Origin: Actinomycetes bacterium
GTDB lineage: Bacteria; Actinomycetota; CALGFH01
Direction of reading: 5' to 3'
DNA: 64,000 nt
Assembly: GCA_035275125.1 (NCBI GenBank)
Contig: DATENJ010000477.1
Location: 106-64,105, forward strand
Positions 34,390 through 43,185 of the stretch are shown here, in pieces. The translations under genes were made by a program, and so were the position numbers. A model generated the notes under the pieces. It was not told where the DNA came from, did not search any database, and saw nothing but the letters and a program-made list of their open reading frames with translations. How positions within the stretch are numbered: position 1 is the first letter of the stretch; each line of letters starts with the position of its first letter.

Positions 34390-36181
34390 CGCTCGCCTCC
34401 AGTTCCTGGTCGTCGGCTCGGCCGGCCCGGTCCCGCTGCTGGTCCCGACGGAGCGCCTCGGTCTCGGCGACCGCCACCCGCCCGTCCCGGTCGAGCCGCA
34501 CGCCGTAGTCGTCGCCGGCGCTGGCCCTCGACACGTAGCCGTCGCGGACGTCCCGTTCGACCAGGGACGGGTCCCGCCGCAGAGGGTCCCCGTAGCCGCC
34601 TCCTCCCCCCTCGGTGACCTCGAGCACGTCGCCGGCCTGGAGCGGCAGGAGGGAGAACTTGCTCGGCGATCTGGTGTCGAAGAGCCGCTGGATGTCGTGG
34701 CGCTGGCCGTCCCGCACGACGCTGAAGTCGTTGGGCGTCCCGGCGTGCCCTCCCTCCAGCCCCCACGGCGGGATGACGTGGCGGTCGGCGCAGGCGGTGA
34801 CCAGCGCCGGCCGGAGCAGCTGGAGCCGGCGCGTGGCTCCGAGGCCGCCCCGGTGGGCACCCGGTCCCGCGGAGTCGGTGTTCATGCCGTAGCCGAGGAA
34901 GCGGACCGGGTAGCGGGTCTCCCAGACCTCCATGGACTCGTTCTTGGCGTTCGCGATGATCGGCCAGTCGACGTTGTTGCCGTCCTTGTTCGGCCGGGCG
35001 CCGGTCCCGCCCGGCTCGAACAGGTACATGAGGAACTCCTCGTTGGTCTCGGGATCCACGCCGGAGGCGGTCAGGTTGTTGCCGGTGCCGAGCGACCCCG
35101 CGGGGACACGGTCGGGCGCCATCCCACGGAGCGCCCTGAGGATCGCCTCGCACGTCTTGATGCAGGTGTCGGCCCAGCTGAAGGTCGGCGCCGGGTAGAC
35201 CGGCCGCACCAGCGTCCCCGGCGTCGCCCGGATCTCGATGAGGTCGATGACCCCGGAGTTCATGTCGATCATGGGGTCGATCACCGCCGCCAGGGCGACG
35301 AAGCAGGCCGACCGGGTGCCGCTGAAGGTGCAGTTGACCGGGCCAAGGACCTGGCGGTCGGTCCCGGTCAGGTCCACCACCAGCGACGACCCGTCCTTGA
35401 TGACCTTCACGCGGATGGTGTGGGGCCCGCCGCCGTGGCCGTCGTCCTCGATGACCTCGGTGGCCGCGTACTCGCCGTCCGGGAAGTCCTCGAGAAACCT
35501 GGTGAAGCGCCGCCGCGAGTACTCCAGCGCGGCCTCCATGCCGAGCAGGAGGCGGTCGAGCCCGTACTTGCCGGCGAGCTCACGGACCCGGCGCTCGGCG
35601 ACGATGTTGGAGGCGAGCTGCGCCTGGAGGTCTCCCCAGCACTGCCGGGCCATGCGGACGTTCTTGAGGATGAACTCCTGGATCTCGCGGTTGAGCTCGC
35701 CGGCGCGGTACAGCTTCGCCGGCGGGATGATCAGGCCCTCCTGCACCACGTGGTCGACCGTCCCCGACCAGCCGCCCGGCGACATCCCGCCGATGTCCGA
35801 CCAGTGGCCGCGGTTCACGGCGAAGCCCACGTGACGGTCGGCCACGAACATCGGGCAGGCCACCACCACGTCGGCCTGATGGTTCGCGCCGTCGTACGGG
35901 TCGTTGAACACGATGACGTCGCCGGGCTCGAAGGACGGGTAGGCCCTGATGATCGTCTCGACGGCGTCGACGAGCGCGCCGGCATGTCCGGGGATCCCGT
36001 AGGCCTGGGCGATCATCCGGCCCCTGGTGTCGAACAGCCCGCAGGTGAAGTCCTCGCCCTCGCTGAAGCACGTCGAGTAGGCCGTCCGGGTGGTGGTGAG
36101 CACCATCTCGTGCATGATCGAGAGCAGGTAGCTCCGGATGATCTCGGCGGTGAACGGGTCGAGCTGCGGTGGCTGGCTCAC
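34376..36181 (-). CDS. hydantoinase/oxoprolinase family, B subunit (HyuB-like)
   Basis: Hydantoinase_B family (DPFTAEIIRSYLLSIMHEM...); GTG start with GAGGAG, overlapping the ATPase stop (GTGA). Confidence 0.9.
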   Translation of the reverse strand: MSQPPQLDPFTAEIIRSYLLSIMHEMVLTTTRTAYSTCFSEGEDFTCGLFDTRGRMIAQAYGIPGHAGALVDAVETIIRAYPSFEPGDVIVFNDPYDGANHQADVVVACPMFVADRHVGFAVNRGHWSDIGGMSPGGWSGTVDHVVQEGLIIPPAKLYRAGELNREIQEFILKNVRMARQCWGDLQAQLASNIVAERRVRELAGKYGLDRLLLGMEAALEYSRRRFTRFLEDFPDGEYAATEVIEDDGHGGGPHTIRVKVIKDGSSLVVDLTGTDRQVLGPVNCTFSGTRSACFVALAAVIDPMIDMNSGVIDLIEIRATPGTLVRPVYPAPTFSWADTCIKTCEAILRALRGMAPDRVPAGSLGTGNNLTASGVDPETNEEFLMYLFEPGGTGARPNKDGNNVDWPIIANAKNESMEVWETRYPVRFLGYGMNTDSAGPGAHRGGLGATRRLQLLRPALVTACADRHVIPPWGLEGGHAGTPNDFSVVRDGQRHDIQRLFDTRSPSKFSLLPLQAGDVLEVTEGGGGGYGDPLRRDPSLVERDVRDGYVSRASAGDDYGVRLDRDGRVAVAETEALRRDQQRDRAGRADDQELEASDDRR

Positions 36182-37143
36182 GACGCGCTCCTCTCGGACG
36201 GGGCGACCCTGATGCAGCGCACCTCGTGGGCTGCGGCGGTCTCGACCAGTCGCGGCGCGACGTGCGAGCACTCGTCGATGGCGATCGGGCAGCGCGAGTG
36301 GAGGAAGCAGCCCGACGGGAGGTTGATCGGGCTCGGGATCTCGCCCCTGAGGACCAGTGGGGAGCGCGCCGCGTGGGGGTCCGGGGTGAGCACGGCCGAC
36401 AGCAGCGAGCCGCTGTAGGGGTGCAGGGGGCCGGAGAAGATCCGGTCCGCGGACCCTCGTTCCACGATCTGGCCCAGGTACATCACCGCGACCTCGTGGC
36501 TGATGTGCCGGACCGCGGTGAGGTCGTGGGAGATGAACACGTACGCGACCCCGGTGGACCGCTGGAGCTGCATCAGAAGCTCGATGATCTCCGCCCGGGC
36601 GGTCGCGTCCAGCAGCGAGGTCGGCTCGTCGAGCACGATCAGGCGGGGCTCGGTCACCATCGCCCGTGCGATCCCGATCCGCTGGAGCAGCCCCGAGCTG
36701 AGCTCGTGCGGGTAGCGGGCGAGGTCGTCGGGATCGACGCCGAGCGACGTCGCCACCTCCACCACCCGGCGCACCCGGTCGAGCTCGCTCAGGTGGCGCA
36801 GGAGGCGGAGCGGCTCCTTGACCGCCTCGCCGACCGGCCGTCTCGGGTCGAGGGCGTCGTAGGGCTCCTGGAAGACGATCTGCACCTTGGCCCGCAGGCT
36901 TCGCTGCCTGCCGCGGAAGTCCGCGAGGTCCCGGCCCTCGAAGGTCACCGTCCCCGAGGTCGGACGGAGCAGCCCGAGGATGCAGCGCCCGACCGTGGTC
37001 TTGCCCGACCCGCTCTCCCCCACCAGGCCGAGCGTCTTCCCCTCGCCGACGGTGAACGAGACGCCGTTCACGGCCCAGACGCGGCCACGCGACCGGGGCG
37101 CGGGGAACGTCTTGACTAGGTCGTCGACTCGAAGGAGCTCCAC
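36178..37143 (-). CDS. ABC transporter ATP-binding protein (DppF type)
   Basis: GESGSGKTT, LSSGLLQR, LIVLDEPTS. Confidence 0.85.
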   Translation of the reverse strand: MELLRVDDLVKTFPAPRSRGRVWAVNGVSFTVGEGKTLGLVGESGSGKTTVGRCILGLLRPTSGTVTFEGRDLADFRGRQRSLRAKVQIVFQEPYDALDPRRPVGEAVKEPLRLLRHLSELDRVRRVVEVATSLGVDPDDLARYPHELSSGLLQRIGIARAMVTEPRLIVLDEPTSLLDATARAEIIELLMQLQRSTGVAYVFISHDLTAVRHISHEVAVMYLGQIVERGSADRIFSGPLHPYSGSLLSAVLTPDPHAARSPLVLRGEIPSPINLPSGCFLHSRCPIAIDECSHVAPRLVETAAAHEVRCIRVAPSERSAS

Positions 37144-38114
37144 TCCCCCACCCTTTCCTGATGGTGGCAGCTCACGTCGCGGTCGGGCTCGACCTCCAGG
37201 AGCGCCGGCGCCGCCTCCCGGCACGTCTGGTCGGCGAGCGGGCATCGCGTCGAGTAGGCGCACCCGTCGCGGGCGGGTGGTGGGACGGACCGTCGCTGGG
37301 CGGCCGCCGGCAACGCCTCCCCGGTCCCGAACCGCGACGAGTGGAGGAGGCGGATGGTGTACGGGTGCCGCGGCTCGTCGAACACGCGCTCCACCGGGCC
37401 GACCTCGACGATCCTGCCGGCGTACAGCACCGCGATCCGGTCGCAGTAGTTCGCGGCGATCCCCAGGTCCCGGGTGATCAGGAGGGCCGATGCACCCAGC
37501 TCCTCGACCTGCTGGCGCAGGAGGTCGAGGATCTGGGTCTGGATGGTGACGTCCAGCCCCATGGTGGGCTCGTCCGCCACCAGGACCTTCGGCTCGTTGA
37601 TGGTCGCCATGGCGATCAGGACCCGCTGGGCCATCCCGCCGCTGAGCTCGTGCGGGTAGGCGCGGAGCCGTTCCTCCGGGTCGGGAATCGCGACCTTCGT
37701 CAGCATCTCCAGGGCTCGCCGGCGGGCGTCCTTCAGCGAGACGTCGTGGTGCCCGCGGTAGACCTCCGCGACCTGGTCCCCGACCCGGAGCAGGGGGTTG
37801 AGGTGCGCCCGGGCGTTCTGCACGATCAGCGCCAGGTCGCGCCCCCGGATGGTGCGCAGCTCCTCCTCGCGCCTGGACAGCAGGTCCCGGCCCTCAAGCA
37901 CCACCCGGCCGGCGACGATCTGTCCGGGGGACGGCAACAGCCCGAGGACGCTCCAGGCGACGATCGACTTCCCCGACCCGCTCTCCCCGATGAGCCCGAG
38001 GGTCTCGCCGGGTCGCAGCTGCAGCGTGACGCCGTCGAGGGCCCGGGCCCGACGGCCGCGGGCCTGGAACTCGACGCTCAGGTCCTGGATCTCGAGGATC
38101 GCCTCCCGCGACAC
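37116..38114 (-). CDS. ABC transporter ATP-binding protein (DppD type)
   Basis: GESGSGKSI, LSGGMAQR, LVADEPTMGLD. Confidence 0.9.
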   Translation of the reverse strand: MSREAILEIQDLSVEFQARGRRARALDGVTLQLRPGETLGLIGESGSGKSIVAWSVLGLLPSPGQIVAGRVVLEGRDLLSRREEELRTIRGRDLALIVQNARAHLNPLLRVGDQVAEVYRGHHDVSLKDARRRALEMLTKVAIPDPEERLRAYPHELSGGMAQRVLIAMATINEPKVLVADEPTMGLDVTIQTQILDLLRQQVEELGASALLITRDLGIAANYCDRIAVLYAGRIVEVGPVERVFDEPRHPYTIRLLHSSRFGTGEALPAAAQRRSVPPPARDGCAYSTRCPLADQTCREAAPALLEVEPDRDVSCHHQERVGEWSSFESTT

Positions 38115-39065
38115 CTAGACCCTCCGGCGGCGCGGGTCGGTGACCTCCGCCAGGGAGTCGCCGATGAGACCGAACCCCAGGACGGTGATCGACAGCATGA
38201 GACCGGGGAACACCGAGGGCCACCAGATGCCGCCCTCCATCAGGCTCGAGGTGCCGACGGCGATCATCGACCCCCACTCCGGGGTCGGAACCCGGACCCC
38301 CGCCCCGACGAAGCTGAGCCCGGCCGTGAGCAGCATCGCCGTTCCCACGGTGACCGAGCTCATGGCGAAGATCGGCCCCGACGAGTTCGGGAGCAGGTGC
38401 CGGAAGACGATGCCGCGGTCCGAGGATCCCGACGCCTTGGCCGCCTCCATGAACAGCCGCTGCTTCACATAGACCGCCTGGCTGCGGACGAGGCGCGCGT
38501 ACACCGGTGCGTTGACGACCGCGATCGCGAGCACGACGTTCTCGATGCGCTGCCCGGTGAGGACCACCAGGGCCATCCCGAGGACGAACACGGGGAACGA
38601 CTGGATGAGGTCGGCGACCCGCATCGCCGACTCGCTCCAGCGATTCGTGTAGTAGCCGGCGACAACGCCGATCGGCGTCCCGATCGCGATCGCCAGCAGG
38701 GTCGCGGTGACGGCGATGGTGAGGTCGATCCGCGGCGCGTAGATCAGCCGGGAGAAGATGTCCATCCCGCTCTTGTCGGTGCCGAGGAGGTAGGTCGCGT
38801 TCGGCGGCAGCAGCTCGTCGCCCGGATGGGCGGTCTGCGGGTCGAACCGCGCCAGCAGAGGAGCGAACGCCGCCAGCAGCAGCACCACGGCGACGATCGC
38901 GAGCCCGGTCGCCAGCCGCGGGTTGGCCCGCACGATCCGCCACAGGCGATGCAGGCGAGCCCGCCAGTCCCTTGGTGGAACGAAGGTGAACGCCTCGCCG
39001 GGAGGGACGTCGCTCAGCGAGGACACGTCATCCTCCGAGGGCTTCCCCGGCCAGCGGTCGTTCAA
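38115..39065 (-). CDS. ABC transporter permease (DppC type)
   Basis: BPD_transp_1 core; the N-terminus may start later, at the VSSLSD GTG. Confidence 0.85.
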   Translation of the reverse strand: MNDRWPGKPSEDDVSSLSDVPPGEAFTFVPPRDWRARLHRLWRIVRANPRLATGLAIVAVVLLLAAFAPLLARFDPQTAHPGDELLPPNATYLLGTDKSGMDIFSRLIYAPRIDLTIAVTATLLAIAIGTPIGVVAGYYTNRWSESAMRVADLIQSFPVFVLGMALVVLTGQRIENVVLAIAVVNAPVYARLVRSQAVYVKQRLFMEAAKASGSSDRGIVFRHLLPNSSGPIFAMSSVTVGTAMLLTAGLSFVGAGVRVPTPEWGSMIAVGTSSLMEGGIWWPSVFPGLMLSITVLGFGLIGDSLAEVTDPRRRRV

Positions 39066-39933
39066 CGGTCGCTTCCTCGATCCGGTAGAACTCGTCCATC
39101 CCGATCAGATCCTCGATCTCCTTGCGAATCTCGATCGCCTCACCTTGGGGGAGCACCGGGCTGCCAACGTCGCGGAGCGACCGGTAGGCGTCGCGGGCGA
39201 CCTTGTACGACAGCAGCAGGGCCGCCATCGCCTCCACGACCATCTTGTAGCCCATGTCCTCGAGCTCGCGGACGGTCAGGACGGGCCGCCCGACCCGGTT
39301 CCCCAGGCTGTTGACGTATACCACCGGCCCGTCCACATCACGAGGAAACTTCGCCGCCTGGTCCAGGTCGTCCGGGAAGGCCATCACGAGGTCGGCCCCC
39401 GCCCCGAACAGGGCGTTGGCCCGCCTGACCCCCTCGTTGTAGCCCTCGGTGCGGATCGCGTCGGTCCGGGCGATGAGGACGAAGTCCGGGTCGGCCTCCC
39501 GGCGCGCCCGGTCGGCCATCCGGATCTTGGCCAGCAGGTCGTCGAGCGGGATCGTGTGCTCGATGTAGTCGCGGTGGTAGTGCGCCCGCTTCGGGAAGTG
39601 CTGGTCCTCGATGTGCACCCCCGAGACCCCACCCCAGATGAGCTCCCGGACGGCCCGCATCGTGTGCATGGCCTCCCCGAACCCGCCGTCTCCGTCGACG
39701 ACCAGGGGCGTGTCGATCCTGCGGGCGATCTGGCTGGACGCCTCCACGAGCTCGATCATGCTCGTGAGCGGCTCGGTGACGCAGGTCGAGCAGCCGAGCG
39801 CGTAGCCGCCGAGATAGACGACGGGGAACCCGAGCTGCTCCACGACCCGCGCGGTCAGGGCGTTGATGCAGACGGGCGCCACGATGAGCCCCGGCCTCGC
39901 CAGCGCCTCCCTCAGAGCCTGCCGTTGCTTCAC
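39028..39933 (-). CDS. isocitrate lyase / PEP mutase superfamily enzyme (2-methylisocitrate lyase / oxaloacetate decarboxylase-like)
   Basis: ICL/PEPM TIM-barrel motifs (ARVVEQLGFPVVYLGGYAL, DGDGGFG, HIEDQ); GTG start with GGGAGGGAG. Confidence 0.75.
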   Translation of the reverse strand: MKQRQALREALARPGLIVAPVCINALTARVVEQLGFPVVYLGGYALGCSTCVTEPLTSMIELVEASSQIARRIDTPLVVDGDGGFGEAMHTMRAVRELIWGGVSGVHIEDQHFPKRAHYHRDYIEHTIPLDDLLAKIRMADRARREADPDFVLIARTDAIRTEGYNEGVRRANALFGAGADLVMAFPDDLDQAAKFPRDVDGPVVYVNSLGNRVGRPVLTVRELEDMGYKMVVEAMAALLLSYKVARDAYRSLRDVGSPVLPQGEAIEIRKEIEDLIGMDEFYRIEEATVERPLAGEALGG

Positions 39934-39976
39934 GTTCGCTCCCTCCCTTGCGTCGACCGACCATCCACCGTCCCGC

Positions 39977-41392
39977 TCAGCAGCCAGGCCCCTCGAGGAT
40001 CCGGCGGGAGATGCGTCGCCTGACGAGCCGTCCCGAGGCCTGGACACCGGTCGCCTTGCGGTCCCGCACCAGGACCCGCCCGCGCAGGATCGTCGTCACC
40101 GGCCAGCCCACCACCTCCCATCCCTCCCAGGGGCTGTAGTCGGAGACATGGAAGTCCTCACGGGTCAGGGTCATGCGGAGCTCCGGGTCGATGATCGCCA
40201 GGTCGGCGTCGCTGCCGGGGGCGATCACCCCCTTGGTGGGGTAGAGGCCGAAGATCCTCGCGGCGTTCGAGGAGGTGAGCTCGACGAAGCGCTCCAGGCG
40301 CATGCCCCGCTTCACCACGCCCTCGGAGTACATGACGCCCATGCGGGCCTCGGCGCCGAGGTTGCCGCCGGTGAGGTTGTCGATCCGCTCACCGCGGAGC
40401 TTCACCTCCAGCGACGTCGGCATCTCGTCGGTGGCGACGGTGGAGAGCACCCCGCTCGCCGCGGCCTGCCACAGCGCCTCCTGGTCGTCGGCGGTCTTGA
40501 GCGACGGGTAGGTGTGGTAGCAGAAGCCTCGCGGGCTGCGGTACTCCTCCGCGGTCCGGCAGAGGTAGTGGTGCAGCGTCTCGCCGTACACCGGGAGGCC
40601 CCGCCCGCGGCTGTCCGCGAGCACCTCCACCGCCTGCCTTGTGGATGCGTGCACGAAGTAGACGGCGGCCTCCTTGGCCCGCGCCACGGCCACGGTCTGC
40701 TGGAAGGCGAGCTCCTCGGCGAGGTGGGAGCGGACCTCGTGGATGTTCCACCCCGCCATCCGGTCGTCGCGCAGGGACTGTTCGTAGTTGCACTGCACGG
40801 TGTCCTCGTCCTCGGCATGCACCGCCAGGATGCCGCCCTCGGCGGCCAGCTGGCCCAGGAGCAGCGCTATCCGTCCGTAGTCGAGCCGGAACGACTTCCT
40901 GGTGTTCACGGTGAAGGCCTTGAAGCTGGGGAACCCGTCCTGCACCAGCTCGGGAACCTGGTCGAACACGTCCAGCGGTTGTGGGCCGAGCAGGCCGATG
41001 TGGAACCCGTAGTCGGTGTGCGACCGGCCGTCCCAGCGCTGGCACCGCCGTTGCAGCTCCTCATGCAGGTCCTCGCCGGCGTGGACGAAGCAGAAGTCGA
41101 GGTGGGTGGTCACGCCGCCGTGGACCATCCCGACCGTGTCGTCCTCCGGGCCGAGGGAGTAGTAGTCGAGCTCGGGATGCTGGGCGATGTACATGTCCTG
41201 GTGGGCGTGCGGTTCGATGCCGCCGGGAACGACCACCATGCCGGAGGCGTCGACGACGCCGGCGTCGGCGTCGTCGAGCGCCCCCGGGGAGGCGACCACG
41301 GCGATCGTCTCCCCGCGCACCCCGAGGTCCCAGTTGCCGGCGCCCTCGGGGGTGACGACGTGCCCACCACGGATGACGAGATCGAGAGCTAT
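39977..41392 (-). CDS. D-hydantoinase / dihydropyrimidinase-type cyclic amidohydrolase; start codon anomalous (probable 1-nt indel in the first ~10 codons)
   Basis: PGGIEPHAHQ metal-binding motif, carboxylated-lysine region SFKAF, and the conserved N-terminal beta-strand LDLVIRGGHVVTPEG. No ATG/GTG/TTG lies in frame between the upstream TGA and this strand; an ATG sits one frame off just upstream. Confidence 0.75.
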   Translation of the reverse strand: MALDLVIRGGHVVTPEGAGNWDLGVRGETIAVVASPGALDDADAGVVDASGMVVVPGGIEPHAHQDMYIAQHPELDYYSLGPEDDTVGMVHGGVTTHLDFCFVHAGEDLHEELQRRCQRWDGRSHTDYGFHIGLLGPQPLDVFDQVPELVQDGFPSFKAFTVNTRKSFRLDYGRIALLLGQLAAEGGILAVHAEDEDTVQCNYEQSLRDDRMAGWNIHEVRSHLAEELAFQQTVAVARAKEAAVYFVHASTRQAVEVLADSRGRGLPVYGETLHHYLCRTAEEYRSPRGFCYHTYPSLKTADDQEALWQAAASGVLSTVATDEMPTSLEVKLRGERIDNLTGGNLGAEARMGVMYSEGVVKRGMRLERFVELTSSNAARIFGLYPTKGVIAPGSDADLAIIDPELRMTLTREDFHVSDYSPWEGWEVVGWPVTTILRGRVLVRDRKATGVQASGRLVRRRISRRILEGPGC

Positions 41393-41437
41393 CGCTGCTC
41401 ATCCCTTCGGGTTCGGGAGCGCTGCGTCTCCGGTGGG

Positions 41438-43069
41438 CTAGGTCTTCCTGGAGAAGCTTGCGAACCGAAGGAAGTTGTTGGTCTGCCAGACGTATCCGCC
41501 CATGCTGCTCAGATGGGGGAAGTTGTTGCCCACGTGGAGGTAGAAGCCCCACGGGGCGTCCCCCACGAGGCGCTGGTTCGCCTCCCGGGCGAGCTTCGTC
41601 CGCTCGGCGGGGTCCGGGCTGGCCAGGCCCCGGTCGATCAGGTCGGTGACGGTGGCGTCGTTGTACTTCACCCAGTTGGCCGGGCCGATGCCCTCGTCGG
41701 GATGGAAGTACAGCCCTAGGACGTACGGCCCGTCCGGCGTGAACGGCGTGTCGTTGACCAGGACCATCTGGGCCTCGCGCTTGAAGTACTGCTCGAAGTA
41801 CTTGGCCGGGCTCAGCTTCTGCAGCTGGACGTCGATACCCACGTCGCGCAGGGCGGTCTGGATGAGGATCGCGACCTCCTCGTCGACCGCCTGGGCGGTG
41901 TTGAAGGACAGCTGCACCTTCGGGTTCTGGACGCCGGCCTCCTGCAGCAGCTGACGCGCCCGGTCCGGGTTGTTGCCGTACGGCCAGTCGTCGAGGGCTC
42001 CGGGATAGCCGCCGGGAATGTAGCCGGGCGCCGGCCCGACACCCTGGGCCTTCAGGAACACGGTGCTGACGATCTCGTCGACCGGGAGGGCGTAGGCCAC
42101 CGCCTGGCGCACCTTGGGGTTGTCGAGCGGCGGCATGCCGTTGTTGAGGCCGAGGATGAGACCGGCGCTCCCCTTCCTCGACTCGACCACGACGGCCTTG
42201 TTGCCCCGGAGCTCCTCGAGCTGCCGTGGCGTGAGGTCGACGGCCGCGTCGACCTCACCTCGTCCCAGCAGGGAGGCGCGGGACGACGCCTCGGGGATGG
42301 CCTTCACGATGATCTTCTGGATGGTGAGCGGCCCCTTGAAGTAGTTGGGGTTGGCGACCCAGACGGTCTCCTGCCCAGGGGTGAACGTCTCCACGTGGTA
42401 GGCCCCGAAGCTTGCCGTGTGGGTCGCCATCCAGTCCTTGGCCCACTTGTCGCTGTCGGTCGCGTGCTTCTTGACCTCGGTCGAGTCGTAGATCGTGCAG
42501 ATCGGGATCGTCGCCATTGCCAGCGGGAGGATCGGATTCGGCTTGGTGAGGTTGATGTCGAACGTGTAGGTGTCGACGACCGAGACCGGGTCCTCCTTGT
42601 CGACCGAGCTCACGCCCATCACGAAGCCGCACAGCCCGTCGAGTCCGAGGCTGCGCTCGAACAGGTACTTCACGTCGGCGGAGGTGAGCTCGTTGCCGAA
42701 GTAGCTCTTGACGCCCTTGCGGAGGGTGAAGCGGAAGCTCAGGCCGTCGTCGGCCCGCTCGTAGGACTCGGCGAGGAAGGGCTCGGGCGCCTTCGAGACG
42801 TCGACGTCCACCGTCCCGTCCTCGTTGGTCTTAGTTGGCAGCTGCACCAGGGGATCGGCGTAGTTGAGCCCGGCCTCGAGGTTCTGCGGCTGGTTCCCGA
42901 CGAACTCCGAGTCGAGTGAGGTGGGGGTCGCGGCCTCGGCGATCACGAGGGTCGACCCTCGACTGCTCCCGCCGTTGCTGTCCTCACTCTTGGACGTGCA
43001 GGCCCCGAGCACCACCACCAGGACGGCGAGACCTGCGACCAGTCGCCTGCGCGCCCATGTCCCATCCAT
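41438..43069 (-). CDS. ABC transporter substrate-binding lipoprotein, family 5 - SBP3
   Basis: Signal peptide and lipobox LGACTS, SBP_bac_5 fold; RBS GAGGAAGGGG. Confidence 0.9.
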   Translation of the reverse strand: MDGTWARRRLVAGLAVLVVVLGACTSKSEDSNGGSSRGSTLVIAEAATPTSLDSEFVGNQPQNLEAGLNYADPLVQLPTKTNEDGTVDVDVSKAPEPFLAESYERADDGLSFRFTLRKGVKSYFGNELTSADVKYLFERSLGLDGLCGFVMGVSSVDKEDPVSVVDTYTFDINLTKPNPILPLAMATIPICTIYDSTEVKKHATDSDKWAKDWMATHTASFGAYHVETFTPGQETVWVANPNYFKGPLTIQKIIVKAIPEASSRASLLGRGEVDAAVDLTPRQLEELRGNKAVVVESRKGSAGLILGLNNGMPPLDNPKVRQAVAYALPVDEIVSTVFLKAQGVGPAPGYIPGGYPGALDDWPYGNNPDRARQLLQEAGVQNPKVQLSFNTAQAVDEEVAILIQTALRDVGIDVQLQKLSPAKYFEQYFKREAQMVLVNDTPFTPDGPYVLGLYFHPDEGIGPANWVKYNDATVTDLIDRGLASPDPAERTKLAREANQRLVGDAPWGFYLHVGNNFPHLSSMGGYVWQTNNFLRFASFSRKT

Positions 43070-43089
43070 GCGATGACCCCTTCCTCGGA

Positions 43090-43140
43090 GGCCCGGCGTC
43101 GCTGTACCAGATTTGATATATCCTATAGATGGACGCCTGG
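43090..43140 (-). promoter_or_regulatory. AT-rich promoter/operator region of the SBP3 operon (TTGACC -35-like; GATATATC palindrome; TGTACCAG...CCTGGTCA inverted repeat, candidate GntR operator)
   Basis: The only AT-rich stretch in this 115-bp intergenic region; it lies between the GntR gene and the SBP3 start. Confidence 0.4.
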
Positions 43141-43185
43141 TCAAGGATGGCGGATCGGACCGAAGGGACCACCGGAGCGGTGGTG

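Noticed and set aside
34214-36418. 734-aa plus-strand ORF
   Set aside because: Antisense to HyuB and the aminotransferase; no domain signal; GC-skew artefact.
39028-39065. 38-nt overlap between the ICL/PEPM gene 3' end and the DppC start
   Set aside because: Not treated as a finding; more likely DppC initiates at the downstream GTG (VSSLSD), removing the overlap.
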